Below are positions 22,922 to 32,231 of a stretch of 64,000 nucleotides of DNA, in pieces. The position numbers and the translations under genes were made by a program. The notes under the pieces are model-generated. The model had not been told where the DNA came from and did not search any database. It worked only from the letters and a program-made list of their open reading frames with translations. Positions within the stretch are counted from its first letter, which is position 1, and each line of letters starts with the position of its first letter. Origin of the DNA: an uncultured Nitrospiraceae bacterium (lineage in GTDB: Bacteria > Nitrospirota > Nitrospiria > Nitrospirales > Nitrospiraceae); NCBI GenBank assembly GCA_963706325.1, contig CAVPLT010000002.1:1-64000 (forward strand), given 5' to 3'.

Positions 22922-23590
22922 ATGAATCGAATCAGTAAGAATCAAATCCTGTTGCTGGCAAGCCTCGTGACTCTTTGGATCGGGTTGCTCATTTGGCAAT
23001 TTGGCCATTCCACCGAGCAGGAGCGAGTTCCCCTGACGCATGTCAGCGGACCGAAAGTGGACGGTCGAACGCCTGCCATTCCTGCCAGTAGCGCCTTACA
23101 GGTACACCTGGAACGGCTTGACGCGATCAAAGGACAGCGCCAGGCGACGTTTTCCACCCCACGCAACATATTCGCGAGTCTCTTGCCACCGGCAGAACCG
23201 ATACCTGCGCCGGAGACCGCTCCGCGTCGTGGCCGTTCCCGAGCGGCGGCCAAATCAGCACAGCCCCCGGATACAACAACGCCGGAAGTTGAAGAGGAAA
23301 AGGGCCCATCGGCCGAGGATATTGAACGGCTGCGGATCGCGACCGAACTCAATCTCTACAGGTATGTAGGGTTCATGGCCGTTGGGAATGGCCCACAAAA
23401 GAAAAAGACCATGGCAGTCGTGGTCAAGGACGAAGAAATGCATTTGCTCCAGGTCGGAGACACCATTGCCGGTGAGGTGTTGGTCAAGGCGATGTCACCC
23501 AGCGAAATCACCTTGCAGCATCTCGCGTCAAAAATCACGCAGGTCATTCCAGCTACGGATGAACCGGAACCCGTGGGCCAGCCCAATTAG
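22922..23590 (+). CDS. PilP/GspC-like membrane-anchored protein
   Basis: N-terminal TM, RNIF motif, Pro-rich linker, YVGF...GDTI beta-domain. Confidence 0.55.
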   Translation: MNRISKNQILLLASLVTLWIGLLIWQFGHSTEQERVPLTHVSGPKVDGRTPAIPASSALQVHLERLDAIKGQRQATFSTPRNIFASLLPPAEPIPAPETAPRRGRSRAAAKSAQPPDTTTPEVEEEKGPSAEDIERLRIATELNLYRYVGFMAVGNGPQKKKTMAVVVKDEEMHLLQVGDTIAGEVLVKAMSPSEITLQHLASKITQVIPATDEPEPVGQPN

Positions 23591-23591
23591 A

Positions 23592-24203
23592 ATGGTAATG
23601 GAATTACCTCGGCATATCAGGAACAACCATGGTGTCACCTATTTGGCCTTGATGTTTTCTATCGTCCTGATCGGCATCTCGGCATCCGCAACGACCCGGC
23701 AATGGGTATTGATGGTTCAGCGAGAAAAAGAAGCCGATCTTGTCGCGAAGGGAATCGAGATTCAAAATGCCTTGTCGCTCTATTCAGCCACGATGAAGAT
23801 TGGACGGATCATGAGCACCGAAGTCTACCCCCAATCGTTGGCAGAGCTGACCAGGGCCCCCAAGCCATACTTGCGAAAAGTCTATACAGATCCGATGAGC
23901 GGGGGCGACTGGGAATACATGCGCGCGCCGACCGGAGGCATCATGGGCGTGCGGAGCAAGAGTAAAGCCAGGCCTATTAAAACGGGTGATTTCCCGCTTG
24001 CGGTCCGACACTTCGAAGGTCGGAAGTCCTATTATGACTGGATGTTTCAGCATCCCAATCCCTCCTCTATGTCTCTGTTGATGCCGCCGATGATGGGTAT
24101 GACTCCTGGCAGTGCCCCTGCACAGCCGGGAAGCCCCGGTGCCGTCCCCGGCGTTCCCATGCCTGGTAGTCCCGCAATGCCCGGCCCTGCTCCCAACCCT
24201 TGA
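23592..24203 (+). CDS. Minor pseudopilin (GspK-like, no Glu5)
   Basis: G|VTYLALMF; YLRKVYTDPM; Pro-rich tail. Confidence 0.75.
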   Translation: MVMELPRHIRNNHGVTYLALMFSIVLIGISASATTRQWVLMVQREKEADLVAKGIEIQNALSLYSATMKIGRIMSTEVYPQSLAELTRAPKPYLRKVYTDPMSGGDWEYMRAPTGGIMGVRSKSKARPIKTGDFPLAVRHFEGRKSYYDWMFQHPNPSSMSLLMPPMMGMTPGSAPAQPGSPGAVPGVPMPGSPAMPGPAPNP

Positions 24204-24329
24204 CCCGAATCCGAATCCCACAGTATCCTGTCTGGCTATAGATCGCCGCGCCCACGTCCACCATCTTGAATCGGACGATGCGTCGGGGCTCCCAGCCCGA
24301 CCTGTCGCCTGGCAACAGGAATTCATCAC

Positions 24330-25643
24330 ATGGAACAAGATCTTACTGAATCCCCGGCCACGGAGCAGGAGGCTCCCGCTGAAATACTCTCCCCGGAAGA
24401 CTATGTGGCGGCCTTGGTCAGTAAAGCCAAGAGCGCGGCAGGCCGACTCTCAACGCTCCCCACGGCGGTGAAAAACCAGGCATTACTGTCCATGGCCGAT
24501 GGTCTTGAAGAGCAGGCGACCGAATTGCTGGCTGAAAATGAAAAAGATTTGGAACAGTTTGATGCGACGCCGGAACGTCAGGCCATGGCTGACCGGCTGC
24601 GACTGACGACGGAGCGGATCCACGACATGGCTGCGGGCATACGCGATATCGCCCGGTTGCCCGACCCGCTCGGGGACATGCCGAAGATGTGGACTAGGCC
24701 GAATGGCATGCAGGTCGGGAGGATGCGAGTGCCCATCGGAGTGATCAGCATCATTTACGAATCTCGCCCCAATGTCACGGCAGACTCAGCGGCCCTGTGC
24801 CTCAAGTCGGGGAATGTGTGTATCCTGCGTGGAGGGTCGGAAGCGATTCATTCAAATACGGCCATCGCCAAGGTACTGTGCGAGTGTGCTGAGAAGGCCG
24901 GTGTGCCGGCGGGAGCCATTACTTTCGTCGATCGCACGGAACGGGACATCGTTCAGCTGTTGCTCAAACAGGACCGATTCATCGACCTCATCATTCCCCG
25001 CGGAGGCGAATCCCTGATGCGGACGATCGCTGAGCATGCCACTATTCCGGTGCTCAAGCATGACAAGGGGGTCTGCCATACCTATGTTGATGCAGAGGCC
25101 GACCCTAAGCTGGCGGAGACGGTCTCTCTGAACGCAAAGGTACAACGCCCCTCCACATGCAATGCCATGGAGACTTTGTTGGTCCATCAAAGTCTCGCGC
25201 GGACCTGGCTTCCCCACCTGGTCAAACAACTGGTGGCCGCTAATGTAGAAGTGCGAGGATGCGCCAAGACCTGTCAGTTGTGTCCCGAGGTCAAGCCGGC
25301 CGCCGAGGAAGATTTTGGTAAAGAATTCCTGGAACTTATCCTGGCGGTCAAAGTGGTGAAGCACATGGATGAAGCCCTGGAACATATCGCCACTTATGGG
25401 TCTCGTCATACGGAGGCAATTGTTACCAAAGATTATTCCCATGCCATGCGGTTCCTGCGGGAGGTGGATGCCGGCGCCGTGTTGGTGAATGCTTCGACTC
25501 GTCTCAATGACGGCTACCAGTTTGGCTTGGGGGCGGAAATCGGCATCAGCACGTCACGACTGCATGCACGAGGCCCGATGGGGCTTGAGGAATTAACCTG
25601 CTCAAAGTTCGTGGTGCTCGGGAGCGGCCAGATCCGCGAATAG
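24330..25643 (+). CDS. proA: Gamma-glutamyl phosphate reductase
   Basis: IIYESRPNVT, LRGGSEA, PRGG, CNAMETLL, NASTR and GAEIGISTSRLHARGPMG motifs. Confidence 0.97.
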   Translation: MEQDLTESPATEQEAPAEILSPEDYVAALVSKAKSAAGRLSTLPTAVKNQALLSMADGLEEQATELLAENEKDLEQFDATPERQAMADRLRLTTERIHDMAAGIRDIARLPDPLGDMPKMWTRPNGMQVGRMRVPIGVISIIYESRPNVTADSAALCLKSGNVCILRGGSEAIHSNTAIAKVLCECAEKAGVPAGAITFVDRTERDIVQLLLKQDRFIDLIIPRGGESLMRTIAEHATIPVLKHDKGVCHTYVDAEADPKLAETVSLNAKVQRPSTCNAMETLLVHQSLARTWLPHLVKQLVAANVEVRGCAKTCQLCPEVKPAAEEDFGKEFLELILAVKVVKHMDEALEHIATYGSRHTEAIVTKDYSHAMRFLREVDAGAVLVNASTRLNDGYQFGLGAEIGISTSRLHARGPMGLEELTCSKFVVLGSGQIRE

Positions 25644-27431
25644 ATGCTGCCCGATCCCGTGATAGAGGAGATCATCAGGCGTCCTGGTACGCTCGTCTTT
25701 CCCTCCAACCTCGCAGCCCTGTCACTTCTGCCGACGCACTTTACTGCCGCCATCCGGCAGCCAAGCGGTCATCTTGTGGTGTATGGAAACCATGGCCGCC
25801 GGCTGGTCGCGACCGATCCTGACGGTCATCCGTTGCATGAATGTGAATGGCGAGTAGTTGATGGGGTCTTGCGACTGCTGCGTGCCCGTCTGCATCTCGA
25901 CTGGGGTGCTTGGGTTGGTTTGGCGCCCAGCGGACTGGTCAACAGCATGACGCTGGATCTGTCACGAAAACCTGGATGGGAACGTCTACGTGCCGATGAT
26001 CTGCGAGGCATGGCGGCGCAGGCCATGCAGGTGCCGCTGGATGAAGTCCGTTTCTTCTACAATGATCAGGATATAACGATTGATGCGAAGGGCGCCGCCA
26101 CGATCAGGCATCGCAAGGACGCTATCTATGTGCTGCCGGACGGCACCTTTGATCACAAGCAATTCATGGCCTGCATGGGCGCGATGCACTGGGAAGATAT
26201 CGATTTCCTTCCGGTCGTGGAGTTATTCCTCTCGCTTCTGCCTGGCACGGGCTCGGCGATGTTTGAGTTGATTCGTGCTCTGTACGATGATCAAAATCTG
26301 GAAAGACCTGCGCCGCGGCCTTTGTGTTATCGTGGCATTCCTACCTATCCCTCCAAAGCAGCCTATCGGCTTTTTAGCGGCTTTTTCGATCCACAGGTAT
26401 CCGGCGGAGGCGATCCATTCCCAGTATTCATGGATCCACCACGATCGCACCTTGTCACCTGGCTGCCAGCGGCTGATCCCCCGAGACGCCATTTCGATCC
26501 ACTGCAGCAACTCTGCGTCACGATCCGGGAGCAGCAAATTATCAAGGCCACTTGCGGGAATGACTCGGCAGGGTTGTCCTATCAACCGTGCGATCAACGA
26601 GGGACAGCGCCCTGCCAGCGTGGCTTGGCTATCGCTCAGGAACATCTTGTCTTGATGGATCGAGAGTTTAGGCAGGCCATTCCTCTTAGGCACAATTGGG
26701 GTAAGGTGACGGAACCTCGATTAGTTGGGACAGGTACGAGGCCGTCTCTTGACTGGACGTCTGTGTTTGAAGGGGATCCACCTTCAGTCAGCCATGAAGA
26801 AGCGTTTGGCGCCGTGCTTTTGTATCCTGAGGATGATCGAGAGATTGAGGAATTGGCGACGCAGCCTTTCGTGGCCGACTACCTCCAGGACCTCATCGAG
26901 CAGGACCGCCCATTAGCCGTGCAGGTGGGACGGGCTGATTCGCTTTTGATTAGCGGTTTCGATGTCGCGATCACTTCGTGCATCGGCAGCGATCGTCCTC
27001 GTGCTTGTACCGTGCTCTATGACCATCCGGCTTTTGCCCAGCGGCAGGCGCAATTGCTATGGAACACGTGGGCTGGCGCCCAACGCTTAGATTGGTTACC
27101 TCACGTGCGGATGAGGTCTCGTCTGGGGCAAAGTATCGCGGAAAGCACTCAAATGTACGATCTCGTCTACGAGTGGGTGCCATTCAGTCTGTATGATCGG
27201 CCAGATGCTGCAATTGAACGAATGCGATGGCTGGCTCAGAAATTGGCGCCTGGAGCACTCGCATTCGTTGTTGGACCACCGACGGTCGCAGAGGGGTGCA
27301 GATCGGCCGGGACGCGCGTGCAGGCCATCACTTCGGTGGCGAAGCTGCCGACCTTCCGTATGCATCAGACGATCCTGCCTCGATCACAGCTGAAGAAAGA
27401 TATGATGCTCTACCAGATTGCTCAGCATTGA
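25644..27431 (+). CDS. Hypothetical protein (595 aa), possible degenerate Rossmann/methyltransferase-like C-terminus
   Basis: Long intact ORF starting immediately after the proA stop; YDLVY and LAPGALAFVVGP near the C-terminus. Confidence 0.7.
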   Translation: MLPDPVIEEIIRRPGTLVFPSNLAALSLLPTHFTAAIRQPSGHLVVYGNHGRRLVATDPDGHPLHECEWRVVDGVLRLLRARLHLDWGAWVGLAPSGLVNSMTLDLSRKPGWERLRADDLRGMAAQAMQVPLDEVRFFYNDQDITIDAKGAATIRHRKDAIYVLPDGTFDHKQFMACMGAMHWEDIDFLPVVELFLSLLPGTGSAMFELIRALYDDQNLERPAPRPLCYRGIPTYPSKAAYRLFSGFFDPQVSGGGDPFPVFMDPPRSHLVTWLPAADPPRRHFDPLQQLCVTIREQQIIKATCGNDSAGLSYQPCDQRGTAPCQRGLAIAQEHLVLMDREFRQAIPLRHNWGKVTEPRLVGTGTRPSLDWTSVFEGDPPSVSHEEAFGAVLLYPEDDREIEELATQPFVADYLQDLIEQDRPLAVQVGRADSLLISGFDVAITSCIGSDRPRACTVLYDHPAFAQRQAQLLWNTWAGAQRLDWLPHVRMRSRLGQSIAESTQMYDLVYEWVPFSLYDRPDAAIERMRWLAQKLAPGALAFVVGPPTVAEGCRSAGTRVQAITSVAKLPTFRMHQTILPRSQLKKDMMLYQIAQH

Positions 27432-27642
27432 GAGCCGTGATTGGACCATGACGGATTATCTGCATGAGTAACTGTCGACATCGACTGCGTGACGAGGGAT
27501 GCGCGGTTAGCGTCGTGACCATGGTGATGAATGAAGTGAGGCGGGAGATTGACCACCGCCTAGTCGAAGAGTCTGTTACAATCCATCGTCAATCTGCACG
27601 TTCAGGCAATGGTGTGATATCGAGAGAAGGAGCATCCGGCAC

Positions 27643-28164
27643 ATGAGTTGGCGCGAATCTCGAACGCTTCCGGTCAGCTACGGTGATGTGTGGAGGAGAA
27701 TAGGGATTCTGCGAGCTCGCATCGATAGGCTGCAAGGCTGCAAGGGATTCTCCTTCATTGAGGTCATGATCGTTGTGGTGATCTTGGCGATTCTGGCCAC
27801 CCTCCTCATTCCAAGGGTCATGGGTCGAACTGAAGATGCCAAGCGGGCTGCGACTAAAGCCCAAATCGCCAATATGGAAAGCGCATTGCAACTCTATAAG
27901 CTCGACAATGGCAATGTGCCGTCGTCCGAGCAAGGACTGAAGGCCCTCGTCGAGCGTCCGTCGTCAGGTCCCGCCGCACCGAATTGGAAGGCCGGGGGCT
28001 ACCTTCCCAAGGTGCCCGTCGATCCCTGGGGCTTTCCCTACAAGTACACGACCCCCTCGACCCAAGGCGGGGAGTTTGAGATCATCTCCTTCGGAGCCGA
28101 TGGTACGCCAGGGGGTGAGGGGAAAAACGCCGACATCGTCAGTTGGGATCTGGACCGTAACTGA
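27643..28164 (+). CDS. gspG: Type II secretion major pseudopilin
   Basis: G|FSFIEVMIVVVIL, ALQLYKLDNG, QGLKALV, DPWG, SFGADG-GGEG-NADI. Confidence 0.93.
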   Translation: MSWRESRTLPVSYGDVWRRIGILRARIDRLQGCKGFSFIEVMIVVVILAILATLLIPRVMGRTEDAKRAATKAQIANMESALQLYKLDNGNVPSSEQGLKALVERPSSGPAAPNWKAGGYLPKVPVDPWGFPYKYTTPSTQGGEFEIISFGADGTPGGEGKNADIVSWDLDRN

Positions 28165-28314
28165 TCTCCCCGCATTCGATCTGTCATCCTCTCCATTCCC
28201 TCATTGCCGCTCTCATGCGGGATCATTTCCTCCAGGTTTGTTCTGAATCGACTCAAGAAGGTGCGGTTGCCGACCGATGAGGAGAAGGGACGGTCCTGTC
28301 GAGAGGGGGAGTCA

Positions 28315-29508
28315 ATGCGACGTGTGATCTTTGTCGACGATGCGCCGGAGATTTTGCAGCACCTGCGCCGGCTGCTGGCCCCCATGCAAACCGAGTGGGA
28401 GATGCAGTTCTTTCCCTCGGCCACCGAGGCCTTGGCCAAGATTCAGAATGCGCCGTGCGATGTGGTCGTGTCGGACATGACCATGCCGGGAATGGATGGC
28501 GCGAAATTCTTGGGAGAAGTGTGCAAGGTTTGCCCTCAGACCATCCGTATCATCCTCTCCGGAGACCAGAGCCCCTATAATTACGTGCGCTCCGCTTCCG
28601 TCGCCCATCGATTTCTACAGAAGCCGTTTGACGTGGCGACGCTGAAATCAACCATTGAGCAGGCCGAGGCTCTACGGAACGTGCTGGGCAATCCGGCGCT
28701 TCGAAGCCTGGTCAATGAAATTAAGACGCTGCCGAGTCTTCCCTCGATCTATCAAGATCTCATGCAGGAAATGCAGGCGCCGCAAGCCTCGCTGAAGAAA
28801 GCGGCCCGCATCGTCGCGAAGGATCTCGGAATGGTGACAAAGATTCTTCAGCTGGTGAACTCCGCCTTCTTCGGTCTCCGTACCCATGTGTCCGACCCGG
28901 AGCAAGCCGTGGCGTTGCTGGGGTTCGATACCATCAAGTCATTGGTGCTCTCCAGCCAGGTGTTCGCACAGTTCGATCAGGCGAAGTTACCCACGTTTTC
29001 CTTGGATGAGTTGTGGCGGCATGCCATGCTCACCGGTACCTACGCGCGTCGGATTGCGAAAGAGGAAGGGGTGAGCCAGCAGGTTATGGATGAGGCCTTT
29101 ACCGCCGCACTCCTGCATGACGTCGGCGTGCTGGTCTTGGTGGCCAACCGGCCTGATGAGTATGGGCGGGTGCTGGACTTGATGCGCACCACACAGGTGC
29201 CAGATTGGTCGGCGGAGCGAGACGTGTTTGGAGCCGACCATGCCCACGTAGGCGCCTACTTGCTCGGGATTTGGGGGCTGAGTGACGGGATCGTGGAAGC
29301 AGTGGCCTTTCATCACCATCCTGGAGACTCTCTCGCATCGGGGTTTTGCGCGGTCACGGCTGTGCATGTGGGAAACGCTTTAGCGGAGCTACAGATGCGA
29401 TCTGGCAATGGTACCGGTGAAGTCACAGGGCTCGATCAGGCCTACATCACTCGGGTGAAGCTCCTTCCTCGGCTCAGCCGTTGGCGTGAACTCGGTGTCG
29501 CGGCGTAA
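28315..29508 (+). CDS. Response regulator with HDOD output domain
   Basis: FVDD, SDMTMPGMDG and KP receiver motifs; LPSLP, VNSAFFG, LLHDVG, W-L HDOD motifs. Confidence 0.92.
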   Translation: MRRVIFVDDAPEILQHLRRLLAPMQTEWEMQFFPSATEALAKIQNAPCDVVVSDMTMPGMDGAKFLGEVCKVCPQTIRIILSGDQSPYNYVRSASVAHRFLQKPFDVATLKSTIEQAEALRNVLGNPALRSLVNEIKTLPSLPSIYQDLMQEMQAPQASLKKAARIVAKDLGMVTKILQLVNSAFFGLRTHVSDPEQAVALLGFDTIKSLVLSSQVFAQFDQAKLPTFSLDELWRHAMLTGTYARRIAKEEGVSQQVMDEAFTAALLHDVGVLVLVANRPDEYGRVLDLMRTTQVPDWSAERDVFGADHAHVGAYLLGIWGLSDGIVEAVAFHHHPGDSLASGFCAVTAVHVGNALAELQMRSGNGTGEVTGLDQAYITRVKLLPRLSRWRELGVAA

Positions 29509-29589
29509 TCCTTTCTCCCTGCCTTGACCATCGCTTTCCTCACGCAGTACAACCACACCGTCGGTGATTCACACAGGCTGAGGAGCCTT

Positions 29590-30957
29590 ATGGGACAACT
29601 TTCGAGAGTCAGATCCGTTCTCTTCCTTTCCGCCATCAGTCTGTTGATGTTCGGCATGCTCCTGTGGTGTTCCGCGTGGAGCTGGGCCGGCACCATCACC
29701 GTCGATCTCGGCATTGAACAAGGAGCAATGAATCATCGGGCCAATGGCTATTTGGTCAGCATCGAGCCGACTCAGCCGTCCATGGACCTGATCCTGCCGT
29801 TGAAGCCAACCAGTTTTCGAGGGAATGCTGGCTATATCTTTCACAATTATGATCGCTTGAAAGAGGCCGGAGTTACGGAGTTCCAGCTCACCCTGGGATT
29901 GGTATTCCACCATCTCTCTCTGCAGATTTTTGATATCAACCAGATCGGGCTCGATGGAAATTTTTCGCCCTGGTTGGCTCATGTCGACCACATCGTCGAT
30001 CAGGTAATCACACGCAAGCTCTCTGTCCTGTGGGATATCTACAATGAGCCTGATCTCGCTACCCTGCCGATGAACGACAACGATCGGCTGAAGGAAGGCT
30101 GGCGACTAGCCTATCAGCGGATCAAGCAGCGGATTCCTGGAGCCGTCATTGTCGGCCCCAGCGTGAGTCGGTACAGACTGCTCAAGCCGTTCCTGGAATG
30201 GAGTCAAGAAAGGGGAGTATTCCCTGATGTTGTGGCCTATCACGAATATGGAGATCCTTCCGGGGCCCTCGCGTACGTGAGTGATCTGCGGGCCTATCTC
30301 AAGGCGCAGAACCTCGAGCGTCCGATTTCTATCAACGAAGTGTTAGGGCAGGAATCCTGGACCAACGCAGGTTATACGGCAGGGGTGATTGCCGCCTACG
30401 AACGGGCCGACATTCTGAGCGCGATGCGAGCCTGCTGGCCCGATCCGCAGGACACGAGTCGAGACTGGGTCGAGAATACGTGCGATAACCCCACGCTGGA
30501 CGGGCTGCTCTATGTCGATCGGCAGTCGAAACGGCCGAGCTGGCACATCTATAAGACATATGCCGACATGGAGGGGGTGCGCCTCTACACGATGACCGAC
30601 AATCCGGGCCTGCACGCTCTCGCGGCATTCGACAAAACGTCAGGCACGCTCCGGTTGTTGTTGGGAAAGTATGAAGACTATTCGACGGAGGAAACGACGG
30701 TCATTCTCAAGAATGTCGGGCGCCTGATCTCCCTGCGGCAAGGAGAAATCGTGCGCCTGTGTGCCGAACAAATCCCCGACGTGGGGTCAGGACCACTCGA
30801 TGCGCCGGTTCTGACAATCGATCGTGACTTGCCGATTGTGAACGGAGAGCTCTCGTTTACGCTGCCGCAATTTTACCATTCCGATGCCTACCGAGTCGCC
30901 TTGGGGCCAGCAGCGCGTTGCCTGACGTCATTGAATGCGTCCAGGCCCATTCCCTGA
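29590..30957 (+). CDS. Secreted clan GH-A glycoside hydrolase (GH39-like)
   Basis: Signal peptide; WDIYNEPD (acid/base), VGPS, YHEY, ISINE (nucleophile); C-terminal beta-sandwich. Confidence 0.7.
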   Translation: MGQLSRVRSVLFLSAISLLMFGMLLWCSAWSWAGTITVDLGIEQGAMNHRANGYLVSIEPTQPSMDLILPLKPTSFRGNAGYIFHNYDRLKEAGVTEFQLTLGLVFHHLSLQIFDINQIGLDGNFSPWLAHVDHIVDQVITRKLSVLWDIYNEPDLATLPMNDNDRLKEGWRLAYQRIKQRIPGAVIVGPSVSRYRLLKPFLEWSQERGVFPDVVAYHEYGDPSGALAYVSDLRAYLKAQNLERPISINEVLGQESWTNAGYTAGVIAAYERADILSAMRACWPDPQDTSRDWVENTCDNPTLDGLLYVDRQSKRPSWHIYKTYADMEGVRLYTMTDNPGLHALAAFDKTSGTLRLLLGKYEDYSTEETTVILKNVGRLISLRQGEIVRLCAEQIPDVGSGPLDAPVLTIDRDLPIVNGELSFTLPQFYHSDAYRVALGPAARCLTSLNASRPIP

Positions 30958-31015
30958 GAACAAGTGTGGACAGGTCCGACCGAAGGGCTTACAACTACGC
31001 CTGCTTATGGCACCG

Positions 31016-31183
31016 CTAACGTCTTGACCGTCCTTCTCTACGTCCGGCGCTTCCTGTTTCTCCACTGAGCGCGACACTCAAGGCCTGGCTGGTGATCGCG
31101 AAGCTGCAAGCGTAGCACGTCCAAAAAGCCCCAGTGGATATCAACATGTTTTGATGACATTCGGGACAGATTCTGATTTTCAT
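31016..31183 (-). CDS. 55-aa Cys4 zinc-ribbon microprotein (absent from the ORF track)
   Basis: MKIRICPECHQNMLISTGAFWTCYACSFAITSQAL...; AGAGGAG upstream; directly downstream of 31253-31891. Confidence 0.6.
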   Translation of the reverse strand: MKIRICPECHQNMLISTGAFWTCYACSFAITSQALSVALSGETGSAGRREGRSRR

Positions 31184-31252
31184 TTCATGCTCTCCTCTAC
31201 ATGGATCTTCATAATAGTGGCCTCGCAGGATCGGCGAGCTCCTTTTTAGTTC

Positions 31253-31891
31253 TCACTTGGCCTTTGTGCCCACTAACATTGAGTGGTCACCATCGCCTAC
31301 CGACGCCCGGGCCCCTATCGTAGTCTCTGCTGCCTCTTGAGGTGACTCCGACGCACTATGTCGCTTCATTCTCAGGAGCCCACGAAGGCCATCCAGATCC
31401 CACAGGGCAAGATCATGCTCAATCTGAAAGCGGAGCACTCGTAATGGATCAATAAGAAAGGTGACAGCAGTCGCTGAAGGTGGGTTGACAGCGACACCGA
31501 AGGAGCGATGCATACGATTCAGGCAATCGATGAGGAGCGGCACAGTGAACGCTTGTATGTCTTCATGTTGGGCGAATCGGAGTAGGGAGATGTTAGAGAG
31601 CACCACCAAGAGCGCCGCACCGTCACGTGCAAAGGCCTCGGCTTGGACATTGAGGTAGGTCATGTTGGCGGCGGTCGGAGAAGAAAGGAAGCATAAGGCC
31701 ATCCAGCGAGCAGTGAGCGCTGTGGGATCCAAGTAGGTAAAGCGTCCTCCGACAAAAGCCATGAGTCCAATTCGCGGCACCGATTGACCGATGGTGATAC
31801 GCGAGTGAGCGGACTTGCGTGGACCGAGCGTGTGGTCCGTCCCGCGTCGATACCCAGAGTCATTCGCCGTGATTCGAAGTGATGATCTCAT
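31253..31891 (-). CDS. AhpC/peroxiredoxin-fold protein lacking the PxxxT/SxxC motif
   Basis: IGQSVP, RWMALCF, PLLID...RSFGV and TFLIDP match the AhpC scaffold, but the peroxidatic loop is absent. Confidence 0.6.
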   Translation of the reverse strand: MRSSLRITANDSGYRRGTDHTLGPRKSAHSRITIGQSVPRIGLMAFVGGRFTYLDPTALTARWMALCFLSSPTAANMTYLNVQAEAFARDGAALLVVLSNISLLRFAQHEDIQAFTVPLLIDCLNRMHRSFGVAVNPPSATAVTFLIDPLRVLRFQIEHDLALWDLDGLRGLLRMKRHSASESPQEAAETTIGARASVGDGDHSMLVGTKAK

Positions 31892-31953
31892 TGGAAACCC
31901 CTTTCGTGTGTATCTGTCGCGCAGAAATCTAGTGCCCATTGCATTGCGCTTTA

Positions 31954-32003
31954 GTGATATCAATTCTCAAAATCATAATACGAAATCAGGCGCATTCTGT
32001 CAA
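31954..32003 (-). promoter_or_regulatory. Sigma70 promoter with adjacent Fur-box-like operator
   Basis: Minus strand TTGACA-N17-TATTAT, then TTGAGAAT-T-GATATCA (7-1-7 palindrome-like, 31955-31969). Confidence 0.75.
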
Positions 32004-32231
32004 GCCGGATGTTTTGACGCTTCGACAGGTGAAATACACACCGTCCCGAGCGCAGCTGGCCGCAAGTGGAGGGCCATTTGCGCTGTCTATATTGGCGTTT
32101 ATGGAGATCCGATGAGGCGGAGTTAAGAGACGTTTATAGCCGGACACCTAAATCACTACGCATGTGAGCGAGAGATAGGATCAGCGCCTTCCCATAGCCG
32201 AGCCTGGCAGGGGAAAGTGGGCTCCTGTGGA

